Positions 1 to 12,439 of a stretch of DNA of 64,000 bases are shown piece after piece (the first letter of the stretch is position 1; the number at the start of each line of letters is the position of its first letter). Below the pieces are notes generated by a model that was not told the origin of the DNA, ran no database searches, and was given only the letters and a program-made list of their open reading frames with translations. The stretch is from the NCBI GenBank assembly GCA_965228735.1, contig OZ245838.1, forward strand, positions 1,792,001 through 1,856,000, given 5' to 3'. The position numbers and the translations under genes were made by a program. Source of the stretch: Planctomycetota bacterium (GTDB lineage Bacteria > Planctomycetota > UBA1135 > UBA2386).

Positions 1-370
1 GCACCTCGAGTTCGACGGGTCGGCCGACCGCCGGCGGGCGCGGCAGGACGACGCGCAGGGCGCCCGGTTCGAACGACAGCGGCGCGGTCTCCGTCACGAG
101 CTCCGCGCCGAGCGGCCCGCGCGGCAACTCGGCCACCGGTCGCGCGGCCCGCAGCGTGAGTTCTTCGGCACGCGGACCGGCGCGCCCGGCCGCGACGAGG
201 ATCGCGGTCGTCGCGCGCTCGACCGCGCCCGCGACGTCGCCGCCGTCGATGAGTTCGACGCTGCGATGGTCGGCCTCGGCTTCGACGAACGTGACCGCGA
301 CCGGGTCCGCGAGCCCGACGACGAACGCGAGCAGCGCGGCGAGCGTCAGGAAGCGCAGGAGTCCGATCAT
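1..370 (-). CDS. Hypothetical membrane/exported protein, 5' part only (runs off window)
   Basis: ATG at 370 gives MIGLLRFLTLAALLAFVVGLADP..., open to position 1, with a hydrophobic N-terminus. It lies 31 nt after the stop of the NPCBM gene. Confidence 0.6.
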   Translation of the reverse strand, partial: MIGLLRFLTLAALLAFVVGLADPVAVTFVEAEADHRSVELIDGGDVAGAVERATTAILVAAGRAGPRAEELTLRAARPVAELPRGPLGAELVTETAPLSFEPGALRVVLPRPPAVGRPVELEV

Positions 371-401
371 CGGATGGCCAGATCGTGGCGGGCGGCGCGG
401 T

Positions 402-1670
402 TCAACGCGACGGCGCGGGCAGGAAGACCGGCGTCAGCCAGTCGACGCGGTCACCCAGGTCGCGCCCCTTGCCGAAGTCGACCTCGAGCACGAGGTCCAT
501 CCCGGGCGTCACGGCGATCAGCCCGGTGTCGCGCGGCCGGTCGCCGGTCTCGAGGCCGCGCTGCTCGAAGACCGTGATCCCGTTGTGCAGCACGCGCACA
601 TCGACGTTCGCGCGCAGCGGCAGCGCCGCCGCGCTGTCGTCGAGCGCGACGCGGGTCCAGAACGCCTCGCAGTCGGGCGGCACGGTGAACGTGAGCCGAC
701 TCTTGCTGTGCACCCCGAGCCCCATCGCGTGGGTCCGATCCGACGCGACGAGCGGCCCGCCGAGCGCGGTTGCGTTGCGGCGATAGGGATGCACGACAGG
801 CCCATCGAAGCCGTTCTCGACCGCGGCCGACGGCTGCAGCTCCGACAGGTGGCGGCAGTTGCCGTGCAACGTGAGGCAGCCGAGATCGCCGTAGCGCACG
901 TCGACGGTGCGCCCGGTCTCGAGCTCGATCCGCACCGACGCAGCGCCGAACGTGACCGCGTCGCAACCGAGGCGATCACCCGTGCGCGTCACGAGCGTCG
1001 CGATCGGCGCCCGTTCCCGCGGCGCGGGGTCGCCGATGCGCAGCGCGACGAACGCCTTCTCACGATAGAGCTGTGGGTCGTCGCTGTCGTCGAGCGCGAA
1101 CCGCAACCCCTGCGGGTCGAAGCGATGCAGGCGGCCGACGCGCAGGTCGTAGCCGATGCGCGCGCGAACGAAGAGCGCCTCGTCGACGCCGTCGGGCAAC
1201 TCCAGGCGCGCGGGCGTGAGATCGCTGCCGCCACCACGCGGCACGTAGGCGGCGATGCGATCGACCTCGAGCTCGATCGGACCGAGCACGGGCGACAGCA
1301 GTCGCACCACGTTGCCCGCCGCGTCGCCGCCGGTCAGCGTGCCGCGCACGACGTCGCCGCCCTGCAGCCAGACCGCGGCGAGCTCGACCGGCCGCGCCGC
1401 GACGCCGTGCACCGCGATGAGGTCGGCACCCGCGATCGGCAGTCGGCCGTTCGGCAGGCTCGCCGTGAAGCCGTCCTGCACGCTGCCATCGAGCGCGGTC
1501 GCGCGCACGACCTCACCCTGCCGCAGCGCCAGCTCGAGCGGCGGCGAGGCCTCCGACTGCGGCGCCGCCGCGCCCGGCGCCTGCGGCATCGCGACCGCCG
1601 CGACCAGCACGCCCACCGCCAGAACGCGGGCGACCGGCAGCCCGCGGACCGCGGATCGCGCCCGCGTCAC
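402..1670 (-). CDS. Exported NPCBM/NEW2-domain protein
   Basis: C-terminal GLGVHSKSRLTF...FWTRVALDD...LEVDFG...GDRVDW matches the NPCBM pattern. Signal-like VLAVGVLVAAVA. Start uncertain (GTG 1670). Confidence 0.75.
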   Translation of the reverse strand: MTRARSAVRGLPVARVLAVGVLVAAVAMPQAPGAAAPQSEASPPLELALRQGEVVRATALDGSVQDGFTASLPNGRLPIAGADLIAVHGVAARPVELAAVWLQGGDVVRGTLTGGDAAGNVVRLLSPVLGPIELEVDRIAAYVPRGGGSDLTPARLELPDGVDEALFVRARIGYDLRVGRLHRFDPQGLRFALDDSDDPQLYREKAFVALRIGDPAPRERAPIATLVTRTGDRLGCDAVTFGAASVRIELETGRTVDVRYGDLGCLTLHGNCRHLSELQPSAAVENGFDGPVVHPYRRNATALGGPLVASDRTHAMGLGVHSKSRLTFTVPPDCEAFWTRVALDDSAAALPLRANVDVRVLHNGITVFEQRGLETGDRPRDTGLIAVTPGMDLVLEVDFGKGRDLGDRVDWLTPVFLPAPSR

Positions 1671-1846
1671 GAAGGCACGGATGCCATTCTGACACCTCGG
1701 CCAGCGGGCCAGCCCCGGCCAGCTGTCAGATTGGCGGTCGCACGTTCTCCCCACACTCTCCCCAGCACTCGGAAGTGGCGCCATAAGCTGTTTTTCAGGT
1801 ACCAGTTGCATACGAATCGTCGAAGCGCGGGCCGACCGGCCGAGGC

Positions 1847-1863
1847 CCGGCACCCGGTTTGCT
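1847..1863 (+). promoter_or_regulatory. Putative sigma-54 (-24/-12) promoter for the groEL operon
   Basis: cGGCACccggtTTGCt: GG-N10-GC spacing with GGCAC and TTGC cores. Confidence 0.6.
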
Positions 1864-2082
1864 ATACGCCGCCCTTCCGGACCGGACGAGCCCGTCTTGT
1901 TCGGTTCCGAACTCGTTCGGTTCAGCATCGATGTCCTCGGTCGGTCCCTGGCGCCTGCAGCAGCCGCTGCGCCCGCGCGAGGTCGGCCCACCGCGGACCT
2001 ACCCCCAGAATTCCGGTCGCGCGGCGCCAGCTGACGCCCACGGCCATGACAGTAACTATCGAGATTCCCCTCCGAGGTTGTG

Positions 2083-3699
<1,617 letters not shown>

Positions 3700-3763
3700 C
3701 TCGGCCAGAAAACGCCACCCCTACACCCCCCACACAGCATTCACTTCAGGAGCAAGAACTATC

Positions 3764-4057
3764 ATGGCATCCCTTCGTCCCCTCGATGACCGCGTCGTGC
3801 TGCAGGTGCTCGACGCCGAAGAAACGACCGCCGGCGGCATCGTCCTGCCGGATTCCGCCAAGGAGAAGCCGCAGCGCGGCAAGGTGACCGCGGTCGGCAA
3901 CGGCCGCCTCGGCAAGGACGGCAAGCGCCTCGCCCTCGACGTCAAGAAGGGCGACGTGGTCCTGTTCGGCAAGTACGCCGGCAGCGACGTCGTCGTCGGC
4001 GGCAAGGACCTCAAGATCCTGCGCGAGAACGAGATCCTCGCCAAGGTGGAGGGCTAA
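3764..4057 (+). CDS. groES: Co-chaperonin GroES
   Basis: [45 protein letters not shown]. Confidence 0.98.
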   Translation: MASLRPLDDRVVLQVLDAEETTAGGIVLPDSAKEKPQRGKVTAVGNGRLGKDGKRLALDVKKGDVVLFGKYAGSDVVVGGKDLKILRENEILAKVEG

Positions 4058-4062
4058 CTCCG

Positions 4063-5671
<1,609 letters not shown>

Positions 5672-5673
<2 letters not shown>

Positions 5674-5754
5674 TCCTGGAGCCGATCTCCAATTGGATCC
5701 GGCGCGTTGCCCGTCGCCGGTCGGCCGCCTCGATGGCGGTCCGCCGGTGACGGG
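5672..5754 (+). other. Two stem-loops between groEL2 and dnaJ
   Basis: GATCC-TGGAG..CTCCA-att-GGATC, and CCCGTCGCCGG...CCGGTGACGGG (5710-5754). No U-tract. Confidence 0.5.
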
Positions 5755-5803
5755 CTTCGCGCATAGTTGAATCGACACCGACGCCCGCCGCCCCAACCAC
5801 CTG

Positions 5804-6949
5804 ATGGCTCAGAAGCGCGACTACTACGAGATCCTCGGTGTCGACCGGGGCGCGGATGACGAGACCATCAAGAAGGCGTACCGCAAACTCGCGCTCGCCA
5901 ACCACCCGGACCGCAACCCCGGGGACGAAGCGGCCGAACGCCGCTTCAAGGAAGCGGCCGAGGCCTATGCCGCGCTCGGCGATGCCCAGAAGCGGCAGCG
6001 CTACGACCAGTTCGGTCATGCCGGCGTCGACGGCGCCCAGGGCGGCGGCGGCTTCCAGTCCGCCGAGGACATCTTCGCCGCGTTCGGCGACCTGTTCGGC
6101 GGCGGCGGTGGCGGCGGCGGGTTCTTCGAACAGTTCTTCGGTGGCGGCGGTCGGCGCGGTCGCGGGCGCCGCGGCGCGAGCCTCAAGGTCGACCTCGAGC
6201 TGACGCTCGAAGAGGTCGCCACGGGCGTCAAGAAGACCATCCAGCTGAAACGCCACGAGGCCTGCGGCAACTGCAGCGGCAGCGGCAGTAAGCCCGGCAC
6301 CGAGAAGTCGACGTGCTCGACGTGCAACGGCCACGGTCAGGTCGTGCGCTCGCAGGGCTTCTTCCAGCTGCGACAAGTCTGCCCGAGCTGCCACGGCCAG
6401 GGCGAGACGATCGATGACCCGTGCCCGAAGTGCCGCGGTCGCGGCGTGGTCGGCAAGGAGGCGCCGGTCAACATCAGCATCCCGGCCGGCATCGAGTCCG
6501 GCCACACGGAGCGCATTCCGGGGCAGGGCGAACCCGGCGAGGCCGGCGGTCAGCCGGGCGATCTCGTCGTCGTGCTGCACGTCATCGAGCACGAGGTCTT
6601 CACGCGCTATCGCGACGACCTGCTCATGCAGACGCGGGTCAGCTTCCGCCAGGCCGCGGTCGGCGACGAGATCGAGATCCCGACGATCACGCGCGAGACC
6701 GTCAGCCTCAAGATCCCCGCGGGCACGCAGCCCGGCGAACGGCTGCGCATCAAAGGACACGGGTTGCCCCGCGCCGACGGTTACGGCCGCGGCAACCTCG
6801 TCGTACAGATCCAGGTCGACGTGCCGAAGAAGCTCACGGCGGAGCAGCGCGAGCTGCTCGAGAAGTTCGACGAGCTCGAGAACGGCAAGAAAGGCAAGAA
6901 GAACGCCAAGAAGACGATCTTCGAGAAAGTGAAGGACATCTTCTCGTGA
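5804..6949 (+). CDS. dnaJ: Molecular chaperone DnaJ
   Basis: J domain with HPD, G/F-rich linker, four CxxCxGxG repeats. Confidence 0.97.
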   Translation: MAQKRDYYEILGVDRGADDETIKKAYRKLALANHPDRNPGDEAAERRFKEAAEAYAALGDAQKRQRYDQFGHAGVDGAQGGGGFQSAEDIFAAFGDLFGGGGGGGGFFEQFFGGGGRRGRGRRGASLKVDLELTLEEVATGVKKTIQLKRHEACGNCSGSGSKPGTEKSTCSTCNGHGQVVRSQGFFQLRQVCPSCHGQGETIDDPCPKCRGRGVVGKEAPVNISIPAGIESGHTERIPGQGEPGEAGGQPGDLVVVLHVIEHEVFTRYRDDLLMQTRVSFRQAAVGDEIEIPTITRETVSLKIPAGTQPGERLRIKGHGLPRADGYGRGNLVVQIQVDVPKKLTAEQRELLEKFDELENGKKGKKNAKKTIFEKVKDIFS

Positions 6950-7560
6950 AGGACACCGACAAGAACAAGACAGAGGACGAGGTCGAGACCGACGCGGCGA
7001 CCGAGCCGACGAGCGAGATCCCGAGTCACGATCAGGAGTTCAAGCGCCTCCAGCAGGAGCGCGACGAGCTCGAGACCAAGCTGCAGCACGCGATGGCCGA
7101 CCTGGCCAACGTGCGCCGGCGGCAGCGGCAGGAGATCGACGACAACCGCCATCGCGTGCTCGAAGGGCTGACGCAGGAACTGCTGCCGGTGCTCGACACG
7201 TTCTCGATGGCGGTGCAGGCCTACGACGCCCAGCAGGCCCAGGACGCCCGAGGTGAGCAGGCCGGGGCCGCGCAGGATCCGAAGGCGCTCGTCGAGGGCG
7301 TGCGCATGGTTCGCACCATGCTGTCGTCCGTGCTCGAGCGGCATGGCCTACAGGAGATCGCGGGCAGCGGTCCGTTCGACCCGAATCGACACGAGGCCAT
7401 GGCCATGGAACCCTCCGAGGACGTTCCCGACGGCCACATCGTGCGCGTCATGCTCACGGGCTACCAGCTCGGCGACAAGGTCGTGCGCCACAGTCGCGTC
7501 GTCGTGGCCGGCTCCGACCAGGCTGCCGGCGACCCGACCGACGAGCCGACGGAGGACTGA
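6946..7560 (+). CDS. grpE: Nucleotide exchange factor GrpE
   Basis: ADLANVRRR, ELLPVLD, FDPNRHEAM, GYQLGDKVVR. GTGA overlap with dnaJ stop. Confidence 0.93.
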   Translation: MKDTDKNKTEDEVETDAATEPTSEIPSHDQEFKRLQQERDELETKLQHAMADLANVRRRQRQEIDDNRHRVLEGLTQELLPVLDTFSMAVQAYDAQQAQDARGEQAGAAQDPKALVEGVRMVRTMLSSVLERHGLQEIAGSGPFDPNRHEAMAMEPSEDVPDGHIVRVMLTGYQLGDKVVRHSRVVVAGSDQAAGDPTDEPTED

Positions 7561-7562
7561 CG

Positions 7563-7913
7563 GTGCCGACCTACGACTACGTGTGCAACGCGTGCGGTCA
7601 CCGGTTCGAGGAGTTTCAGACCATGACCGCGAAGGAACTCCGCAAGTGCCCCGCGTGCGGGGCGAACAAGCTCGAGCGCCTCATCGGCACGGGCGCGGGC
7701 GTGATCTTCAAGGGCTCCGGCTTCTACGAGACCGACTACCGCGGCGAGTCGTACAGCAGCGACGCCAAGAAGGACTCGAGCTCGGGCGACAAGCCTGACA
7801 GCGAATCGTCGAGCAGCAAGTCCGACACGAAGAAGGCCAGTCCGAAGAGCACCGGCGCCAAGAACGACTCGTCTGGCCAGAGCACGAAGTCGAAGTCGAA
7901 GTCGAACGACTGA
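7563..7913 (+). CDS. FmdB-family zinc-ribbon protein
   Basis: MPTYDYVCNACGH...CPACG...IFKGSGFYETDY, followed by a Ser/Lys-rich tail. Confidence 0.9.
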   Translation: MPTYDYVCNACGHRFEEFQTMTAKELRKCPACGANKLERLIGTGAGVIFKGSGFYETDYRGESYSSDAKKDSSSGDKPDSESSSSKSDTKKASPKSTGAKNDSSGQSTKSKSKSND

Positions 7914-7982
7914 CCTGCTCGGCCGTCACGCCTGACCGCGACATCCCGCGCCTTCGCGTGTGATTTTCGCTACGCTTCTGCC

Positions 7983-8732
7983 ATGGGCCGAACGTTGCGA
8001 CTGTTCACCGTGATCATCGGATCCGCGCTGCTCTCCGGCTGCGTCGGCTGGTTCTTCAGCGGCGAGTCCTACGCGGAGCGCTCGCGCCCGGTCGCGCTGA
8101 TCGAGACGACGGGCGGCGTCGAACTGGCCGCGACCACGGAGTACGGGATCCTGCTGCTCGGTCGAACCGCGACGTCGGGAGCGTGCCGCGTGCACTACTT
8201 CATCGGTCCGACCCCGGACATCGAGGACGGCCGGCTCGAGCCCACGGGCGCCGTGTTCACGCGGGCGGAGATGCCCCTGAAGCACCAGGCCGTGCGCGTT
8301 CTCGACCGCAGCCCCACCGGCGCGGATCAGCTCCTCGCGATGTGGACGCCGGACGGCACGAACGTGCGGGCCCTCGATGTCACGCTCGCGACCGACGACC
8401 GCGTCCGCGGCGAAGCGGTGCTCGACGATCCGGGCGAAGAACTCCCCGCCGGCGCCGCGGTGTTCCGGATCGACCACAAGGACCGCCTCTACTTCGTCGG
8501 ACTCGTCGCGGGCAAGGCGACGTTCGAGAACTCGGACCCGGGCAGCGGCTCGAGCGGACGCGGCTTCTACGTGCTCGCCGGCGTCGATCGCGTGCGCGAG
8601 ATGCTCGCGGTTCCGGAGCGCTACCCGGTCGACTACGAGCCGGTGTACCGCCCGGACGGGATCCGCGTGCTGCGCCCGGTCGGCAAGGGCGCCAGCAGCA
8701 GCAGCAGCAGCGGGAACGACCCGCAGCGCTGA
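7983..8732 (+). CDS. Hypothetical lipoprotein
   Basis: Lipobox LLSGC after a hydrophobic stretch. Coding-like composition. Confidence 0.7.
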   Translation: MGRTLRLFTVIIGSALLSGCVGWFFSGESYAERSRPVALIETTGGVELAATTEYGILLLGRTATSGACRVHYFIGPTPDIEDGRLEPTGAVFTRAEMPLKHQAVRVLDRSPTGADQLLAMWTPDGTNVRALDVTLATDDRVRGEAVLDDPGEELPAGAAVFRIDHKDRLYFVGLVAGKATFENSDPGSGSSGRGFYVLAGVDRVREMLAVPERYPVDYEPVYRPDGIRVLRPVGKGASSSSSSGNDPQR

Positions 8733-8739
8733 CCCGTGC

Positions 8740-10092
8740 CTACTCGCGACGAATGCCGGCGAGCCCGAGCACGTCGTCGACGACCTTCGCGAGCACGAAC
8801 AAGACGGCCTGTTCGCCGGCGACGAGTTCGTCCTCGCCGCCCGGGATCACGACCGAGCCATCCTCGCGGGTGATCGCCGCGACGACGCAGCCGCGCGGGA
8901 AGCCGGCGTCCTTGACCTTGCGCCCCGCGACCTTGCTGCCCGGCTGGATCTCGATCTCGAGGACCTCGGCCTTGCCCTCCTCGATCGTCGCGATCGTCGA
9001 GATGCTGCGGCTGCGCACGAACGCGAGGATGCGGTTGGCGCAGAGCAATCGCGGTGACACGGCGACGTCGATGCCGAGGTGCTGGTAGAGCGACACGTAG
9101 TCCGGCTTGGTCACGAGCGCGACGGTGCGCTGAGAGCCGAGCGTGCGCGCCAGCTGGCACGACATCAGGTTGCGCTCGTCCTCGACCGAGATGCCGAGGA
9201 ACGCATCCGCGTCGCCGACGTGCTCTTCCTGCAGCAGGTTGATGTCCGTCGCGCTGCCGTGCAGCACGACGACGTCCTCGAGCACCTCGGACATGCGCTC
9301 GGCGTCCTTGCGGCTCTCGACGATGATCTTGACGTTGACGTGCTCGCGCTGCAGCGCCTGGCAGACCTGCTGACTGATCCGCGCACCGCCGAACACGACG
9401 ACGTTGCGCGCCTTGCCGCGCCGCGCCCCGCCGATCTTCTTCTCGAAGCCGGAGATCGCCTTGGGTTCGCCGAGCACGAAGATCTCGTCGTTCGCCAGCA
9501 GCTCGTCGGAGCCGCCCGGCACGATGACCTCGTGGTCGCGGTCGATCGCCGTGATGAGCGTGCCGGCCGGCATCTTGAGGTCCTTGAGCAGCTTGCCCGT
9601 GAACGGGCCGGACTCCGGGATGCGGAACCGCCGCATCTGCACGCGCCCCTCCGCGAAGTTCTCGACCCCGAGCGCCTTGCTCTGCCGCACCGTCTTGACG
9701 ATCTCCTCCGCCGCGAGGTCGTCGAGCGACAGCAGCAGATCGTGCATCAGGTTCTTCCGGAAGAACGTCTTGCTGCGGCGCACGGCCGACGTGTCACGCA
9801 GCCGCAGCACGGTCTTCTTCGCGCCCATGCGCTTGCCGAACAGACACGTCAGCATGTTGACCTTGTCGTCGCTCGACACCGCGAGCAGGAGGTCCGCGCT
9901 GTGCGCTTCGGCCTTGTCGAGCACGTCGGGGCGTGAGCCGTCCCCGCGCACGGCCTGGACGTCGAGCAGGTCCGCGACCTGCTGCATCCGGCCCAGGTCC
10001 GGGTCGATGACGGTGATCGCGTGCCCCTCGGTGGACAGCACCTTGGCGAGGTAGGATCCCACTTCGCCGAGGCCAACGATGAGGATGTTCAT
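8740..10092 (-). CDS. trkA: Trk potassium uptake regulatory subunit TrkA
   Basis: Two RCK_N/RCK_C repeats: IVGLGEVG, VVFGGARIS, GIDVAVSPR, AEVLEIEI. Confidence 0.93.
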   Translation of the reverse strand: MNILIVGLGEVGSYLAKVLSTEGHAITVIDPDLGRMQQVADLLDVQAVRGDGSRPDVLDKAEAHSADLLLAVSSDDKVNMLTCLFGKRMGAKKTVLRLRDTSAVRRSKTFFRKNLMHDLLLSLDDLAAEEIVKTVRQSKALGVENFAEGRVQMRRFRIPESGPFTGKLLKDLKMPAGTLITAIDRDHEVIVPGGSDELLANDEIFVLGEPKAISGFEKKIGGARRGKARNVVVFGGARISQQVCQALQREHVNVKIIVESRKDAERMSEVLEDVVVLHGSATDINLLQEEHVGDADAFLGISVEDERNLMSCQLARTLGSQRTVALVTKPDYVSLYQHLGIDVAVSPRLLCANRILAFVRSRSISTIATIEEGKAEVLEIEIQPGSKVAGRKVKDAGFPRGCVVAAITREDGSVVIPGGEDELVAGEQAVLFVLAKVVDDVLGLAGIRRE

Positions 10093-10124
10093 CAGTGCGC
10101 AGGACGATACTGTCTGGGCCGGCG

Positions 10125-10715
10125 TTGATCCTCATCCTGGACAACAAGGACTCGTTCGTCTGGAACCTCGCGCAGGCCTTGCGCGGCCTCGGCGCGACCG
10201 CGGAAGTCGCCCGCAGTGACCGACTCGCGCTGTCCGATCTGGCCGGCGCCAACGCGCTCGTGATCTCCCCCGGCCCCGGCCGCCCCGAGGACGCGGGGAT
10301 CTCGATCGCCGCGGTACGGCAGTGTTCGGGCCGCATCCCGATCCTCGGCGTCTGCCTCGGTCACCAGGCGATCGCCGCCGCGTTCGGCGCCACGATCCGA
10401 CGCGGTGAACCGGTGCACGGCCGGACGACCGCCGTGCGGCACGATGACCCCGTGCTCTTCGCCGATCTGCCGAACCCGGTCGAGGTCTGCCGCTACCACG
10501 CGCTCTACGTCGATGACGATCTGCCCGCCCCGCTGCGAGCGATCGCGTGGACGCCCACCGGCGACCTCATGGGCCTGCGGCACGCGGACCACGCGACGTT
10601 CGGCGTGCAATTCCACCCCGAGTCCTTTCGTTCTTCGCACGGCCCGCGTCTGCTGGCGAACTTCCTGACTGCCGTGCACACCGCCGGCAATCCCGACGAG
10701 CAACCATGGCCGTGA
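10125..10715 (+). CDS. trpG: Class I glutamine amidotransferase (anthranilate/aminodeoxychorismate synthase component II)
   Basis: DNKDSFVWNL, ISPGPGRP, LGVCLGHQ, RYHAL, QFHPES. TTG start. trpG versus pabA cannot be distinguished. Confidence 0.88.
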   Translation: MILILDNKDSFVWNLAQALRGLGATAEVARSDRLALSDLAGANALVISPGPGRPEDAGISIAAVRQCSGRIPILGVCLGHQAIAAAFGATIRRGEPVHGRTTAVRHDDPVLFADLPNPVEVCRYHALYVDDDLPAPLRAIAWTPTGDLMGLRHADHATFGVQFHPESFRSSHGPRLLANFLTAVHTAGNPDEQPWP

Positions 10716-11617
10716 TCGCGACGCAGCGCCTGAGCAAACGGTTCGGCGATCGGGCAGTGCTGCGTGACGTCGAGTTCGTCGTCGGAGCGGGAGAATTGCT
10801 CGGGCTCGTCGGCCCGAACGGCGCCGGCAAGTCGACCCTGCTCCGCACGCTCATCGGCCTCGTCCGGCGGGACAGCGGTGACGTGAAGGTCCTCGACCGC
10901 GACCCCGGCACCGCCGATCTGTCGATCCGCGCCGACACCTGCTACCTGCCCGGGGAGACCGGCGTCTACCACGGCATGACGGGCAGGGGTTTCCTCGACT
11001 TCGCGTTCGGCTTCTATCCGCGCCACCAGAACGAGCTGCGGGACCGGTTGCTCGCCGAGTTCGACCTGCCGCTGCACCGCAGCATCCGGACCTACAGCGC
11101 GGGCATGAAGCAGAAGCTCGCGATCACGGCGACGCTCGTCCCGGACGTGGCGCTCTACCTGCTCGACGAACCGGATCGCGCGCTCGACGCGCAGGTCCGC
11201 TTCTTCCTGCGGGACGTGCTCCGCGATCTCAAGGCCGCGGGCAAGACGATCGTGCTCAGTTCCCACCACCTCAGCGAGGTGGAGACGCTCGCGGATCGGC
11301 TCGAGTTCCTCATCGACGGCGCGCTGATTCCGGCCGCGCGGTTGGCGCAGGCGCGCGAGCGGCTGCGGCGGCGACCGCGACTCCGGTTGCGGGACGCCGC
11401 GGTGTCCGACCTGCCCGCCGGAGCGGCGCTGGTGCGCACGGAGGCCGACGGCACGCACGTGGTGCAGACGGACGGCGATCCGTTCGCGTACCTGCAGACG
11501 GTCGACCCGGCCGTGATCGAGAGCGCCGAGGTCGGCGTCGTTCGCCTCGAGGACCTCTACCAGGAGCTGTTGCGGGCCGACGACGCACCGCAGGAGAGCT
11601 CGGAGGCCGGCGCATGA
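10706..11617 (+). CDS. ABC transporter ATP-binding protein
   Basis: Walker A GPNGAGKST, signature YSAGMKQK, Walker B LLDEP, SSH. Confidence 0.92.
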   Translation: MAVIATQRLSKRFGDRAVLRDVEFVVGAGELLGLVGPNGAGKSTLLRTLIGLVRRDSGDVKVLDRDPGTADLSIRADTCYLPGETGVYHGMTGRGFLDFAFGFYPRHQNELRDRLLAEFDLPLHRSIRTYSAGMKQKLAITATLVPDVALYLLDEPDRALDAQVRFFLRDVLRDLKAAGKTIVLSSHHLSEVETLADRLEFLIDGALIPAARLAQARERLRRRPRLRLRDAAVSDLPAGAALVRTEADGTHVVQTDGDPFAYLQTVDPAVIESAEVGVVRLEDLYQELLRADDAPQESSEAGA

Positions 11618-12426
11618 TCGCGGGCAAGACGTGGCGCGAGATCCGGTGGATGACGCTGGTCTACATCGTGATCTTCGAGGCGCTCGCGATCCCGGTGCTG
11701 CTCCTGTGGCCCGACCTCTACGACGAGTTCCAGCGGACCGACCTTTCGGGAATCGTTCCGATCCACTTCGTCAAGAACATCATCAAGGGAGTGTCCGACC
11801 GCAGCGAGGAAGCGGCCTTCATCAATTGGTGCGCCGTGATGCTCTTCTTCCGCAGCGTCAACCTCGTCGGCATCGCCGGCGCCGTGCTGTTCGGCACCGC
11901 CCTGTTCGCGCGCGAACGTGAGACCCAGACGCTCGAGTTCCTGCTCGCCCGCCCCGTCTCGCGCCGGACCATCCTGTGGCAGAAGAGCTGGCCGACGGCG
12001 CTCGCCGTGCTCGTGCCGATCTTCCTCGTGAACTGGTCGGCGATCCTGTGGAGTCGGACGATCGGCTACGACCTGCCGTTCTGGGAGGTCACGCTCGCCA
12101 GCATGCACGGGGCGTCGTTCGTGCTCATGTTCCTCGCGTTCACGACCTGGATGTCGGTCCGCTGCCGGACCCAGGCGCACGTCGCGTTCTGGGTCGGCGG
12201 GATCACGATCGTGATGCTCGGCGCCTACATGACCCAGAAGGTCCGACCCTACAGCCTGTTTCGGTTGTCGGACTTCGAGTGGTACTCGCCGATCCTCGCG
12301 GGGAACATGAAGCTCTGGCAGATGTTCGACCCGATCCGGGCGCCCGGCTTCACGACCTACGTGCTCGCGGCGGCCGCATTGTTCTACGTCCTCGCCTGGC
12401 GCGCGCTGCGCCGACTGGAGCTCTGA
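11614..12426 (+). CDS. ABC-2 type permease
   Basis: About six TM segments, ERETQTLEFLLARPVSR motif, ATGA overlap. Confidence 0.88.
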   Translation: MIAGKTWREIRWMTLVYIVIFEALAIPVLLLWPDLYDEFQRTDLSGIVPIHFVKNIIKGVSDRSEEAAFINWCAVMLFFRSVNLVGIAGAVLFGTALFARERETQTLEFLLARPVSRRTILWQKSWPTALAVLVPIFLVNWSAILWSRTIGYDLPFWEVTLASMHGASFVLMFLAFTTWMSVRCRTQAHVAFWVGGITIVMLGAYMTQKVRPYSLFRLSDFEWYSPILAGNMKLWQMFDPIRAPGFTTYVLAAAALFYVLAWRALRRLEL

Positions 12427-12439
12427 CGGAAGCGCTGCC

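Noticed and set aside
1772..1800. Possible CIRCE (CAGCACTC...) upstream of groEL
   Set aside because: Only part of the left arm is present. There is no GAGTGCTAA arm at the 9-nt spacing.
6421..6945. N-terminal extension of GrpE, or a dnaJ-grpE frameshift fusion
   Set aside because: An alternative frame within dnaJ. GrpE homology begins at the GTGA overlap at 6946.
8694..8711. (AGC)6 microsatellite as a phase-variation site
   Set aside because: An in-frame triplet encoding poly-Ser at the extreme C-terminus. A length change would not switch expression.
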